Assembly (NCBI GenBank): GCA_046727175.1
Contig: JBKPCD010000158.1
Span: 2,910 to 66,909 of the forward strand
Length of the DNA: 64,000 nt
Direction: 5' to 3'
Source of the DNA: Acidobacteriota bacterium
GTDB taxonomy: Bacteria; Acidobacteriota; Vicinamibacteria; Vicinamibacterales; 2-12-FULL-66-21
Of the stretch, positions 9,327 through 18,241 are shown one piece after another (position 1 is the first letter of the stretch; every line of letters starts with the position of its first letter). A program made the position numbers and the translations under genes. The notes under the pieces are model-generated. The model made no database searches. It was given only the letters and a program-made list of their open reading frames with translations, and was not told the origin of the DNA.

Positions 9327-10927
9327 CGTGCGAGCCCCAATCCACGAAGTGTGTTGCGTGCCTGAACCTCGCCGAAGCCGAACTCGTCGTCACGGCCTGG
9401 CGTGCCCAGATCGGTGGCGAACTTCTCGAGTGCCGCTTCGATCGCGGCAGGTGACGTGATCCCCTGCTGAATCAGCATCGCGGCCACGCCCGCGACGTGG
9501 GGTGCCGCCATCGACGTGCCGGTGAAGTAGAAGTACGCGACCGCATCGAATCGTGGCGCGATGAACCGTGACGGCTCACTCGTGAACGTCTCCACCAGAT
9601 CGAGATCCAGCGTCTGCTGGAGAATGCCCCCCTCGTCGCCGAACCCCCGAAACGATTCGCCTGGCGCCGCGAGCTCCATGTAGCCTCCGGTCGTCGAGTA
9701 GAACGCCCGGTTGTGATTGCGATCGGTGGCCGCGACCGAGACGGCACCCTGCACGCGGTTGGCGATCTCGGCGTAAACCTCCGTCTCGTTTCCGTCCTCG
9801 AACCCGTTGCCCCCCGCGATGGCAACGAACACCCCCTTTCCAACCGCGTACCTGATTGCGTCCTCGACGACAGGAGCAGACCTGGCGGGACCCGTCCGGC
9901 CGATGCTCATGTTGATCACCTGCGCGCCGTTGTCCGCCGCATACCGGATGCCGCGTGCGACGGTGTCGTCGGTACCGGTATTCGGCGACCCGAAAATCAC
10001 GTCCCAGTCGCTGTCGATGACCTTGACCGGCATCAGCTTCACGTTGAACGCGACGCCGGCAACGCCGATGTTGTTGTTCGTCGTCTGACCGATGGTGCCG
10101 CTCACGTGCGTACCGTGACCGTCGAGATCGACCGGAACGGTCGTATCCCAGATGAAGTCGCGCGGCGCGACGAACCGGCTCGAGGGGCCAAGATCCGGCG
10201 CAGCGACGAACGAGAGACTCAAATTGCCAAGGGCGGGATAGAGCGTGCCACTGGAGCCGCCGACGAAGACGTCGCCGTCGGCATCGACGCGAAACGCACT
10301 GGCTCTGTACGAACGCGTCGTGCTGGTGTACGCGACGCCAGTATCGAGCACCGCTACCGTAATCGTCGAGCCTGCTGCCGGCTGAATGTCCCACGCGTGT
10401 TCCATGTCGATATCGGGCAGGTTCCATTGCTTCGAGTAGAGAGGATCGTTGGGCCTGAAGTACGCGCGCACGCGATACGCGGGCTGGGCGTACTCGACGC
10501 CGGCCCTCACAGCCAGCGCAGCTGCTGCAGCTTCGGCGTCCTCTGTCGGATCGATGTTCACGATCTCGAAATCGGCTGATGACGGTTGCTCGGACGCTCT
10601 CGCTCTGGTCGCGGAAAGCGCCGACACGCGCGCCGTCGACGATGTGCCGGCGCGGAACTTGACAATCAGTTTGCCGGCAACGTAGCGCGCTCCAGATGCG
10701 CCGACTCGTTCGGGCGGACCGTTCAGCGACCGAATCGATTCACGTACCCGCGCTTCAGGACTATCGGGCGCACGATACACGCGCGCGACGAGTCCGCGAT
10801 CGATGGCGGGCATCGCCGCGGAACGTTGTGCGGTCTGCTCCTGCCCGCGCGTGTTGTGAACGATGAGGAAACTGAGAACGATCGACAGAATCAGAACAGG
10901 GGACCGACCGCTACGCACCTTTCGCAC
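9323..10927 (-). CDS. Secreted subtilisin-like S8 serine peptidase
   Basis: Catalytic motifs VAVLDTG, HGTHVSG and GTSMAAPHVAG, plus signal peptide and prodomain. Start uncertain (GTG 10927 or TTG 10960). Confidence 0.93.
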   Translation of the reverse strand: MRKVRSGRSPVLILSIVLSFLIVHNTRGQEQTAQRSAAMPAIDRGLVARVYRAPDSPEARVRESIRSLNGPPERVGASGARYVAGKLIVKFRAGTSSTARVSALSATRARASEQPSSADFEIVNIDPTEDAEAAAAALAVRAGVEYAQPAYRVRAYFRPNDPLYSKQWNLPDIDMEHAWDIQPAAGSTITVAVLDTGVAYTSTTRSYRASAFRVDADGDVFVGGSSGTLYPALGNLSLSFVAAPDLGPSSRFVAPRDFIWDTTVPVDLDGHGTHVSGTIGQTTNNNIGVAGVAFNVKLMPVKVIDSDWDVIFGSPNTGTDDTVARGIRYAADNGAQVINMSIGRTGPARSAPVVEDAIRYAVGKGVFVAIAGGNGFEDGNETEVYAEIANRVQGAVSVAATDRNHNRAFYSTTGGYMELAAPGESFRGFGDEGGILQQTLDLDLVETFTSEPSRFIAPRFDAVAYFYFTGTSMAAPHVAGVAAMLIQQGITSPAAIEAALEKFATDLGTPGRDDEFGFGEVQARNTLRGLGLAR

Positions 10928-11159
10928 GATTGCACCTTTCGCTCCTCCGACTCCAAGCACCGAGAACCAAGCACGTCATGCATGCAAACTTTGCGACTAG
11001 CTGTTGGGAACCACCTCGCGCAGCTCAACTGCTGAGACGAGCACCGTCGATCGCTTCACGTTCGTCACTCGGAGAGCACAGCCTGTCTCGAAAGACGGAC
11101 ATGGGCTCCAACCGCCGCGTGCGCGACAACGGAGCGTGGGCGCTGTCGTAGAAGGCGAA

Positions 11160-11410
11160 GTGACGCGCGGCGCTGACGATTACCTTGCCAAACCGTTCGT
11201 TAGCTGCGACCTACTCGCCAGGGTGGGCACGTTCACGCGGCGGGACGAACTCACGCTCGATCGCCTCACCGAGGCGACCTTGCAATGTTCCGGTGCACCT
11301 TTGACACGGCAGCCGCGTCGCAATCGTGCGCGGGCGTCAGGTCGAGCTGACACGGCAGGAGTTCGATCTGCTCCATCGTCTGACGTCGCGTCGCGGGATG
11401 ATGCTAGGGT
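11160..11410 (+). pseudogene. Frameshifted remnant of an OmpR/PhoB-family response regulator
   Basis: GADDYLAKPF...LLARV in one frame and AIVRGRQVELTRQEFDLL in another (stop at 11302 in that frame). No N-terminal receiver start; truncated at the PadR 3' end. Confidence 0.75.
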
Positions 11411-11412
11411 AC

Positions 11413-11760
11413 TCACCCCTCTCGCGCGGGACCCATCACACGTGCGATGGCGTCGGCCAGCTGCTTCCACTTCGATTTCTCGCGAGTGAGCTGCTTGCGC
11501 CCGGCCGGCGTGAGCCGGTAGTACTTGAACTCTCGGTTGCGGTCTCTGGCGATCTCCCACGCGGAGGTCACCCAGCCTTTCTTCTCCAATCGATGGAGCG
11601 CCGGGTACAGCGACCCATGCTCGACCTGCAGCACGTCGTCGGTCGTCCGCTGGATGTGTTTGGCGATCTCGTGGCCGTGGGCGGGCCCGAAGAGGAGCGT
11701 CCGCAGGATCAGCATATCGAGCGTGCCCTGCAACAGAACAACTCGATCGTCTTTTGGCAT
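11413..11760 (-). CDS. PadR-family transcriptional regulator (acidobacterial type)
   Basis: [28 protein letters not shown] and [12 protein letters not shown]. Alternative ATG at 11772. Confidence 0.93.
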   Translation of the reverse strand: MPKDDRVVLLQGTLDMLILRTLLFGPAHGHEIAKHIQRTTDDVLQVEHGSLYPALHRLEKKGWVTSAWEIARDRNREFKYYRLTPAGRKQLTREKSKWKQLADAIARVMGPAREG

Positions 11761-11763
11761 CGT

Positions 11764-11778
11764 GGTAGACATTCTACC
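11764..11778 (-). promoter_or_regulatory. Palindromic operator overlapping a TAGAAT -10 box (putative PadR site)
   Basis: GGTAGA-CAT-TCTACC perfect palindrome 3 nt before padR ATG 11760. Confidence 0.65.
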
Positions 11779-11785
11779 GCCGTCT

Positions 11786-12166
11786 TTACCACCTGTTTGT
11801 CCCGGACTTCAGCCACGCTCTGATGCCCTGGCCGGCAAGCGGTTCCTGGGCGAAGCGCGGGATCACGTGCATGTGCGCGTGGAATACTTCCTGACCGCCG
11901 GTCTTCCCGCAGTTCCATCCGATGTTGTAGCCGTCAGGCCTGAACTCATCGTCCATCCAGCGCTTCACCACAGCTAAGAGCCTGAACGTCGCGACGATCT
12001 CCGCCTCTGTGAGATCGAAGACCGTCTCTCTGTGCGCCGCGGGAACGATGATCCCCGAGTGCTTCAGCGATCCCTGATACCGCTCGTCCTGAATGAACAG
12101 CGCCAGATCGTTCCGAAAGACAATCCGCGAGGCTGCCTCGGTCATCGAGCAGTAGGGGCAATCCAT
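11786..12166 (-). CDS. HIT-family nucleotide hydrolase
   Basis: [31 protein letters not shown] (HxHxH triad). Confidence 0.92.
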   Translation of the reverse strand: MDCPYCSMTEAASRIVFRNDLALFIQDERYQGSLKHSGIIVPAAHRETVFDLTEAEIVATFRLLAVVKRWMDDEFRPDGYNIGWNCGKTGGQEVFHAHMHVIPRFAQEPLAGQGIRAWLKSGTNRW

Positions 12167-12188
12167 CGCGTGCAGCTCGGTTGCTCGC

Positions 12189-12863
12189 CTACGCGCGCCC
12201 GCCGTGGTCCCACCACTTCGACAGACTCTGATCCGTAACGCGCGTGTCGGTTGCATAGTGGGAGATATCGTTGAAGAGCATCAGGCGTGCGCGGACCGGA
12301 TCGCGAAAGTCCAGGATGTTGAGGCAGGCAGGCCGCTGATCGAGCCGATCGCGGTACCCCCGCGCATCGAAACCGAGCAGGCTGCTGAGGAGCAGGCGAA
12401 TCGTCGCTTTGTGAGACACGGCGAGGACGCGCTGGCCCGCGTGCCGGACGATAATCTCGCGGATCGCCGGCAGCGCGCGGGCAAGAACCGACACGCCTGA
12501 TTCGCCGCCTGCCGGCGCGAACGTGAAGGGATCCGCCTCCCATGCCGCGTACTCGCTCGCGAAGCGCGTCTCGACTTCGTGCCGCGTCAACCCCTCCCAG
12601 TGCCCGTGGCTGATCTCTCGCAGTCCGTCGGACGTCATGGGCTCGAGCCGACAGGGTCCGGCGATGATCCGCGCCGTCTCCACGGTCCGTGAATACGGAC
12701 TGCAGTAAATCCCGGAGATGCCTTCTCGGCGCAGCCGCTCGCCCAGACGCACGGCCTGACCGCGTCCTTCCTCCGAGAGATCGACGCCGATGTCGCCTGA
12801 GAAGCGATCTTCGGCCGTCAACTGTGTCGCGCCATGGCGAACGAGATAGAGGCGTGTCGTCAC
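12189..12863 (-). CDS. Histidine phosphatase (phosphoglycerate mutase-like) family protein
   Basis: LYLVRHG, SPYSRTVETA, LREISHGHWEG, GGES and VSHK. Confidence 0.92.
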   Translation of the reverse strand: MTTRLYLVRHGATQLTAEDRFSGDIGVDLSEEGRGQAVRLGERLRREGISGIYCSPYSRTVETARIIAGPCRLEPMTSDGLREISHGHWEGLTRHEVETRFASEYAAWEADPFTFAPAGGESGVSVLARALPAIREIIVRHAGQRVLAVSHKATIRLLLSSLLGFDARGYRDRLDQRPACLNILDFRDPVRARLMLFNDISHYATDTRVTDQSLSKWWDHGGRA

Positions 12864-12928
12864 GCCAGAATCTTACTCCGTCCAGAGTACGACGACTGGA
12901 GTTGGTGGGGCGGCTGCCAGCTTCAGTA

Positions 12929-13030
12929 GCTCGGGGGCTCGGTGGCTCGGGGGCTCGGTGGCTCGGGGGCTCGGTGGCTCGGGGGCTCGGTGGCTCGGTG
13001 GCTCGGTGGCTCGGTGGCTCGGTGGCTCGG
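12929..13030. repeat. 8-bp tandem repeat GGCTCGG(T/G), about 13 copies
   Basis: Read directly in the divergent intergenic region before the toxin-antitoxin operon. Confidence 0.95.
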
Positions 13031-13108
13031 AAGGAATTGTCTCGGTTTCAGGCCGTCGATATCTTCTGGGTCATGAAGTTCGCCGTGCGAAGCGGCGGGC
13101 AATGTGCA

Positions 13109-13135
13109 ATGTGATACACATATTTCGTTCATAAT
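13109..13135 (+). promoter_or_regulatory. TA operon promoter: palindrome ATGTG-ATA-CACAT and -10 CATAAT (probably leaderless)
   Basis: Palindrome at 13109-13121. CATAAT at 13130-13135 lies 6 nt before the ATG; no SD sequence. Confidence 0.55.
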
Positions 13136-13141
13136 ACTGCC

Positions 13142-13375
13142 ATGAAGAATGTTCAGGTTACTGTGGACGATGAGACGCTCCGTCAGGTCGATCGAGTGTC
13201 CAAGTCGCTGGGGCTGAAGCGATCCGAGATCGTGCGGCAGGCGCTTCGACAGTGGCTCCGACGCCAGGCAGTCGAGCGTTTCGAAGATAGCTGGATCGCG
13301 GCGGTCCGGAAACATTCCGACGACCCGGCCCGAGGGGACGACTGGATCGGAATCCAGGCCTGGAGCCGCAAATGA
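13142..13375 (+). CDS. CopG/ribbon-helix-helix antitoxin
   Basis: MKNVQVTVDDETLRQVDRVSKSLGLKRSEIVRQAL RHH pattern. ATGA overlap with the toxin gene. Confidence 0.88.
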   Translation: MKNVQVTVDDETLRQVDRVSKSLGLKRSEIVRQALRQWLRRQAVERFEDSWIAAVRKHSDDPARGDDWIGIQAWSRK

Positions 13376-13695
13376 ACCGCGGCGACGTGTGGGAGATCGA
13401 TCTGGGAGGGCGCGCCGGCAAGCGGCCGGCAGTGATCCTGACTCGACAGGCGGTCATCCCGCACGTGAGCCATGTCACGGTCGCGGAGATTACGTCAAAG
13501 GAAAAGGGCTACCCCACTGAAGTTGCGATTGCACTGAAGGCGAACTTGCGCCGCGAGTCGTTCGTGCACCTCGATAACGTTCAAACCGTATCGAAGGCTC
13601 GCGCGGTCAAGTACATCGGCGCGCTGGACGCCGCAACGATGCAGACGATAGGTCGAACGCTGATTCTCGCACTCGAACTCGAGAACTGTTTGTAG
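13372..13695 (+). CDS. PemK/MazF-family endoribonuclease toxin
   Basis: MNRGDVW...KRPAVILT...VTVAEITS...DNVQTVSK..IGAL. Confidence 0.9.
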   Translation: MNRGDVWEIDLGGRAGKRPAVILTRQAVIPHVSHVTVAEITSKEKGYPTEVAIALKANLRRESFVHLDNVQTVSKARAVKYIGALDAATMQTIGRTLILALELENCL

Positions 13696-13699
13696 CTGA

Positions 13700-14659
13700 T
13701 TAGTCGATTCGCCGACGTTCGCGTCCCCGCCGCGTCTCTCCAGCCGCATCGGTTGCCGCCTGCCACAGCAGCATTACGGCATACGCCCGCCACGGCCGCC
13801 ACGTCGCGGATCGCCGATCGAGCTCGCGGGAGGTGCAGTCACCAGCCATCCTGCACAGGACTCGATCGCCGCTCGGAAACGCATCGCAATCGCGGAAGGC
13901 GCGCATCGCGATGTACTCCGCGGTCCAGGGACCGATGCCCGGCAAATCTTTCAACACACGACGCGTCATCACCGGATCGGACGACGCTCCGAACGACAGG
14001 CCACCCTCGGCAACGCGGCGCGCCAGCGCGCGGATCGTCCCGGCGCGCGAGCCCACTACGCCCGCGCGCTCGATCGGGGCATCGGCGAGTTGAACAGCCG
14101 TGGGAAACAATCGGCCGGGTGCGGGGCCGTCCGCGACTGGCGAACCGAACAGTGCCGCAATGCGCCCGGCAATCGTCGTCGCTGCCGGGACGCTAATCTG
14201 CTGACCGAGAATGGCGCGAACCGCGAGCTCGAATCCGTCCCAGGTGCCAGGAAGCCGAATGCCCGGATGTCTCGCGAGCGGATCGCGCAGCAGTGGATCT
14301 ACGCGAAGCCACTTCGCAACAGCCGCGGGATTGCACCCGAGGTCGAACATGCCGCGCACGCGGTCGACGATGACGGGCAGCGCCAGCGAGGTCGGCACGT
14401 CGGCCTGGAGGCGAACGGCGGATCGTTGATGCGAAATCCGGATCCAACCGGCGATCCCGTCCACGGTGATCGTGCGGCCGTAAGTGCCGTCCATGACGAA
14501 TTCAACGCCAGGCGTCGCTCGCGCGCGGAGAAAAGCGAGCATCGCGCCCCAATCGTACGGCCGTCGATACGGCAACAGAACCCGATGGCACTCCGACTGC
14601 CTCCCATCGTCAGTGGCAGGTGCGGAGCCAGAAGACGGCGTGAACGGCTTCTGTCCCAT
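13700..14659 (-). CDS. alkA: DNA-3-methyladenine glycosylase II (AlkA_N + HhH-GPD)
   Basis: PYDW..LAFLRARATPGVE, FELAVRAILGQQIS, LPGIGPWTAEYIAMR and WRPWRAYA. Confidence 0.9.
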   Translation of the reverse strand: MGQKPFTPSSGSAPATDDGRQSECHRVLLPYRRPYDWGAMLAFLRARATPGVEFVMDGTYGRTITVDGIAGWIRISHQRSAVRLQADVPTSLALPVIVDRVRGMFDLGCNPAAVAKWLRVDPLLRDPLARHPGIRLPGTWDGFELAVRAILGQQISVPAATTIAGRIAALFGSPVADGPAPGRLFPTAVQLADAPIERAGVVGSRAGTIRALARRVAEGGLSFGASSDPVMTRRVLKDLPGIGPWTAEYIAMRAFRDCDAFPSGDRVLCRMAGDCTSRELDRRSATWRPWRAYAVMLLWQAATDAAGETRRGRERRRID

Positions 14660-14799
14660 GAAAACCGAGGATGAGCCTCAGATCGTGTCGGCGTCAAGCT
14701 ACAGGAACGCGGCGACTGCATCCACGAACGTCACGTAACCGAGCAGTAGGACAGTAGGACGGTATTATCAAATCTCGCGGCCCGTGCCCGGCTCGCGGC

Positions 14800-17553
14800 T
14801 CACTCGTGCCGGAGTGCGATCAGCGGGTCCACCTTCGTCGCGTGCCTCGCGGGTCCGTAGCCCGCGGCGAGGCCGGTGCCGATGAAGAGCACCGACGCGC
14901 CGACGAACGTCACCGGATCCAGTGGCGGAAGCCCGAAGAGAAACGCCGTGAGGATCCGGCCGACGCCCGCGCCGAGCGTCAGGCCGATTGCCGCGCCAAT
15001 GACGGTCAGCGACATGCCTTCTCGTAAGACGACGTGCAGGATGTCACGCGGCGCGGCGCCCAGAGCGACACGGAGGCCAAACTCGCGAGTGCGGCGAATG
15101 ACGGTGAATGCGGTCACGCCGTAGATTCCGAGAGCCGCGAGCAGCAACCCGATCGCACCCAGGCTGCCCGAGACCGTGGCAGCGATCCGCTGCGGCACGA
15201 GGCCGAGCGCCACAGATTCATTCAGCGTCTGCGAGGTCGCAATCGTGAGACCCGGATCCATGGCCGCGATCAGGCGCCTGATCATCTGGTTCGCTCCCCG
15301 CCCCTCCGTCGTGCGCGTGACAACCAACATGCTCGACGTCAGCGCAGAGGACTGTTGTTGCAGCGGCAGATACACAAAGGACTCCGACAGGCCGTCGATG
15401 AGGCTCGTGGACTTGATGTCGCGCGCCACACCCACGACGAGCAACATCTCCGATCCGCCGTCTTTCTTCTCGATCCGATGCAACAAATACTTGCCGAGCG
15501 CGTTCTGGCCCGGCCAGTAGTGACGGGCCGCGGTCTCACCGACGATCGCGACGGGCTGTGCGCCGGCGCGGTCGGTGTCCGTGAAGTCACGACCCGCAAT
15601 CAGCGGAATTCGGAGGGTCGCGAAATACCCAGGTTCGACGATGTTGCCGTCGGGCTCGAATGAATCCTCTTCCGCGGGTGGTGCACCCGGAACGCTCAGG
15701 GCCAGGCCGAGACCCTCGAAGCCGCCGGGAACCACGCGCGCGGCCGTGGCGGCCTGAACGCCTGGAATCTGCCGGACCCGGGTGATGAGATCGTGAAAGA
15801 ACTGTGGGCGGTTGACGTCGGTGTAACGACTCGTCGTCAGATCGACCGGCGTGAGCTCGACGTTTTGCGGATCGTATCCGGGATCGAGCGTGCCCGCACG
15901 CTGCAGCGCCCGCATGAACAGCCCCGCACTGAGAACGAGCGTCAGGCTGAAGGCCACCTGCGCGACGACGAGCATCCGTCGTAGACGCGAGCCACCAGAC
16001 GTTCCATGTGAATCCGTCTTGAGCTCCGCAACGGGATCCGTCTTCGACGCCCGAACCGCCGGCGCAAGTCCCGATAGCAACGCGGCGGCGAGCGTCAGCA
16101 ACGCGGTGAACACGACCACGCGGCCGTCGAGCGGCAGGGACACGGCGACAGGAAACGGCAGCGCCGGCAACAAGGCCACGAGCAGCGACGTGGCGACTCG
16201 CGCGAGTCCGACGCCGACTGCGCCAGCGAGCACGAAGAGCACGGTCGTCTCCATCAGCAGCTGGCGCACGAGACGAGCACGGCCCGCGCCGATCGACAAC
16301 CGGATGGCAACCTCGCGACGACGTGCCGCCGCACGGGCGAGGAGCACGCCTGAAACGTTCGCACAGGCGACGAGGAGCACCAGCGACACGATGCCTGTCA
16401 GGAGCCCGAAGAACGCGGCGACCAGTCCGCGGTTACCGGGCACGCTCGACGAGGGCACGAGCCGGAGCCCGCGCCTTCCCATCTGATCCGGGTATTCCTG
16501 ACGAAGATTCTGCCCAATCGAATCGAGCTCCGCTGACGCGCGCGACAGGGGAACACCCGGTTTCAGCCGTCCACCCATGACGAGCCAGCCGCCGCCGCGT
16601 TCGGTGAACATGTTCTTTCTTTGCGGGTCCATGACCGCGGCCGTCGACAACGGCAGCCAGAGATCCGGAGCGACGATACCCGTCCCCTGAAATCGATCGG
16701 GTGCGATGCCTGCGACGGTGACAGGAAGCCCGTCGATCTGAACCGTGCGCCCGACGATCGCTGGATCCTGATTGAAGCGTTGGACCCACAACCGGTAACT
16801 GAGAACGATGACCGCGTCTCGCGACTCGAGATCCAGGCCAACCTCGCTCCGGCCGTTCGGTACGGAAATGGAGGGCTGAGCGGCTACCCCGAAAAAGTGC
16901 CCCACGACCGGCCGGACGCCGAGCACGGAGAAATAGTTCGACGAGACCACGTATCCAAAAACGCGGTCGGCGCCGCCGGAAGCGTCTACGGCAAGGCTCA
17001 TCGCGTGCGGGAACATCACGTGTGCGAACACTCCGTCGAGCGTTGTCGACCGGCGACGCACGTCGAGAAAGGTTGGATACGATCCGGGATTGAACCCCCC
17101 ATCGTCGCGGCTGACGCCAATGTCGACCAGGCGCTCCGGGTCGGGCACGCCGGTCGGCGAACGGAACAACAGCGCATTCGCCACCGTGAAGACGGCGCTG
17201 TTTGCGCCGATGGCGATGGCGATCGACAGCACGGCCGTCGCCGCCATCGTAGGATTGCGGCGAAGCAGCCGCACCGCGTAGGTAGCATCGCGACGCGCGT
17301 CTTCGAGCCAGACGAAGGACGCCTCGCTGCGGTGGAGATCTTTCGTCCGCTCCACACCACCCAAGGCGAGCTTCGCGGCGCGTTGTGCCTGATCCGGCGT
17401 AAGACCGCGCCGGCGATATTCGTCCTCGAGCAGGCCAAGGTGCGAACTCAGCTCACGCGCGAGCTCGTCGTCCCCGCGCCGCCCCGGGCGGACGACGTTG
17501 GCCAGCCTGCAAAGGAATCGCCTGAGTGATGCTGGGGGCAAATCCGCCTCCAC
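14800..17553 (-). CDS. ADOP-type ABC permease
   Basis: N-terminal prefix (DELARELSSHL), IGANSAVF, ACANVSG, RTREFGLRVALGA and VDPLIALRHE. Confidence 0.93.
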   Translation of the reverse strand: MEADLPPASLRRFLCRLANVVRPGRRGDDELARELSSHLGLLEDEYRRRGLTPDQAQRAAKLALGGVERTKDLHRSEASFVWLEDARRDATYAVRLLRRNPTMAATAVLSIAIAIGANSAVFTVANALLFRSPTGVPDPERLVDIGVSRDDGGFNPGSYPTFLDVRRRSTTLDGVFAHVMFPHAMSLAVDASGGADRVFGYVVSSNYFSVLGVRPVVGHFFGVAAQPSISVPNGRSEVGLDLESRDAVIVLSYRLWVQRFNQDPAIVGRTVQIDGLPVTVAGIAPDRFQGTGIVAPDLWLPLSTAAVMDPQRKNMFTERGGGWLVMGGRLKPGVPLSRASAELDSIGQNLRQEYPDQMGRRGLRLVPSSSVPGNRGLVAAFFGLLTGIVSLVLLVACANVSGVLLARAAARRREVAIRLSIGAGRARLVRQLLMETTVLFVLAGAVGVGLARVATSLLVALLPALPFPVAVSLPLDGRVVVFTALLTLAAALLSGLAPAVRASKTDPVAELKTDSHGTSGGSRLRRMLVVAQVAFSLTLVLSAGLFMRALQRAGTLDPGYDPQNVELTPVDLTTSRYTDVNRPQFFHDLITRVRQIPGVQAATAARVVPGGFEGLGLALSVPGAPPAEEDSFEPDGNIVEPGYFATLRIPLIAGRDFTDTDRAGAQPVAIVGETAARHYWPGQNALGKYLLHRIEKKDGGSEMLLVVGVARDIKSTSLIDGLSESFVYLPLQQQSSALTSSMLVVTRTTEGRGANQMIRRLIAAMDPGLTIATSQTLNESVALGLVPQRIAATVSGSLGAIGLLLAALGIYGVTAFTVIRRTREFGLRVALGAAPRDILHVVLREGMSLTVIGAAIGLTLGAGVGRILTAFLFGLPPLDPVTFVGASVLFIGTGLAAGYGPARHATKVDPLIALRHE

Positions 17554-17603
17554 TAGACATCCAAGGTGAGAGCTTCTCGTACTTCTACTAGGACGTCAAG
17601 TGC
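17548..17603 (-). promoter_or_regulatory. Inverted pair of PadR-like operator sites overlapping a TTGACG -35 box
   Basis: CACTAGA-CAT-CCAAGG (centre 17559) and reverse-strand CACTTGA-CGT-CCTAGT (centre 17594). Confidence 0.5.
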
Positions 17604-17666
17604 AGTCTGATGGTTCACACGCTCGAGCCGCCTCGCCGGACGGCTTTCGTTGCATAATCGAGAGGC

Positions 17667-18140
17667 ATGCATCGTTGTCCTTCATCCGATCGTACGAAGC
17701 AGACGCAGTTGTTCGGGTCGAGCGCGGCGTGGTCGATCGTGATCGGCCTGTCCCTGTTCGCGTGCGGATGTGGCAGCTCGCCAACCTCGCCATCCAACAA
17801 CGCCCCGTTCAGCCAGGCCGACCTGCAGGTGGGTACCGGGGCGACCGCCGTGAACGGGGGCACCTTGACGGTGCACTACACGGGCTGGTTCTACAACACG
17901 TCGGCCGCCGACCACAAAGGGCCGCAGTTCGAGACCTCGCGCGGCGGAACGGCGTTCACGTTCACGCTCGGAATCGGTCAGGTGATCCCCGGTTGGGACC
18001 GGGGCGTGCTTGGAATGAAAGTGGGCGGCGTGCGTAGCCTCGTGGTCCCGCCGTCGCTCGCGTATGGCTCCAGCCGCAACGGGATCATCCCGCCAAACGC
18101 CACGCTGTTGTTCGAGATCGAGCTGCTCGACGCACAGTGA
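17667..18140 (+). CDS. FKBP-type peptidyl-prolyl isomerase, probable lipoprotein
   Basis: VHYTGW, FETS, GQVIPGWDRGVLGMKVGG, PPSLAYG and IPPNATLLFEIEL. Lipobox-like LFAC. Start uncertain. Confidence 0.93.
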   Translation: MHRCPSSDRTKQTQLFGSSAAWSIVIGLSLFACGCGSSPTSPSNNAPFSQADLQVGTGATAVNGGTLTVHYTGWFYNTSAADHKGPQFETSRGGTAFTFTLGIGQVIPGWDRGVLGMKVGGVRSLVVPPSLAYGSSRNGIIPPNATLLFEIELLDAQ

Positions 18141-18241
18141 GCGGGCGACGGAGGAGACGGAGCTCATGGAAAAGCATTCACCACAGAGCCAGTCTCCGTC
18201 TCCTCTGTGCCCGATTGACGGCGCCGGGAACACCCGACCGG

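Noticed and set aside
12689-13315. ORFs with ARWLGGSV or HRATEPPS peptide repeats
   Set aside because: Translations of the octamer DNA repeat, not supported as genes.
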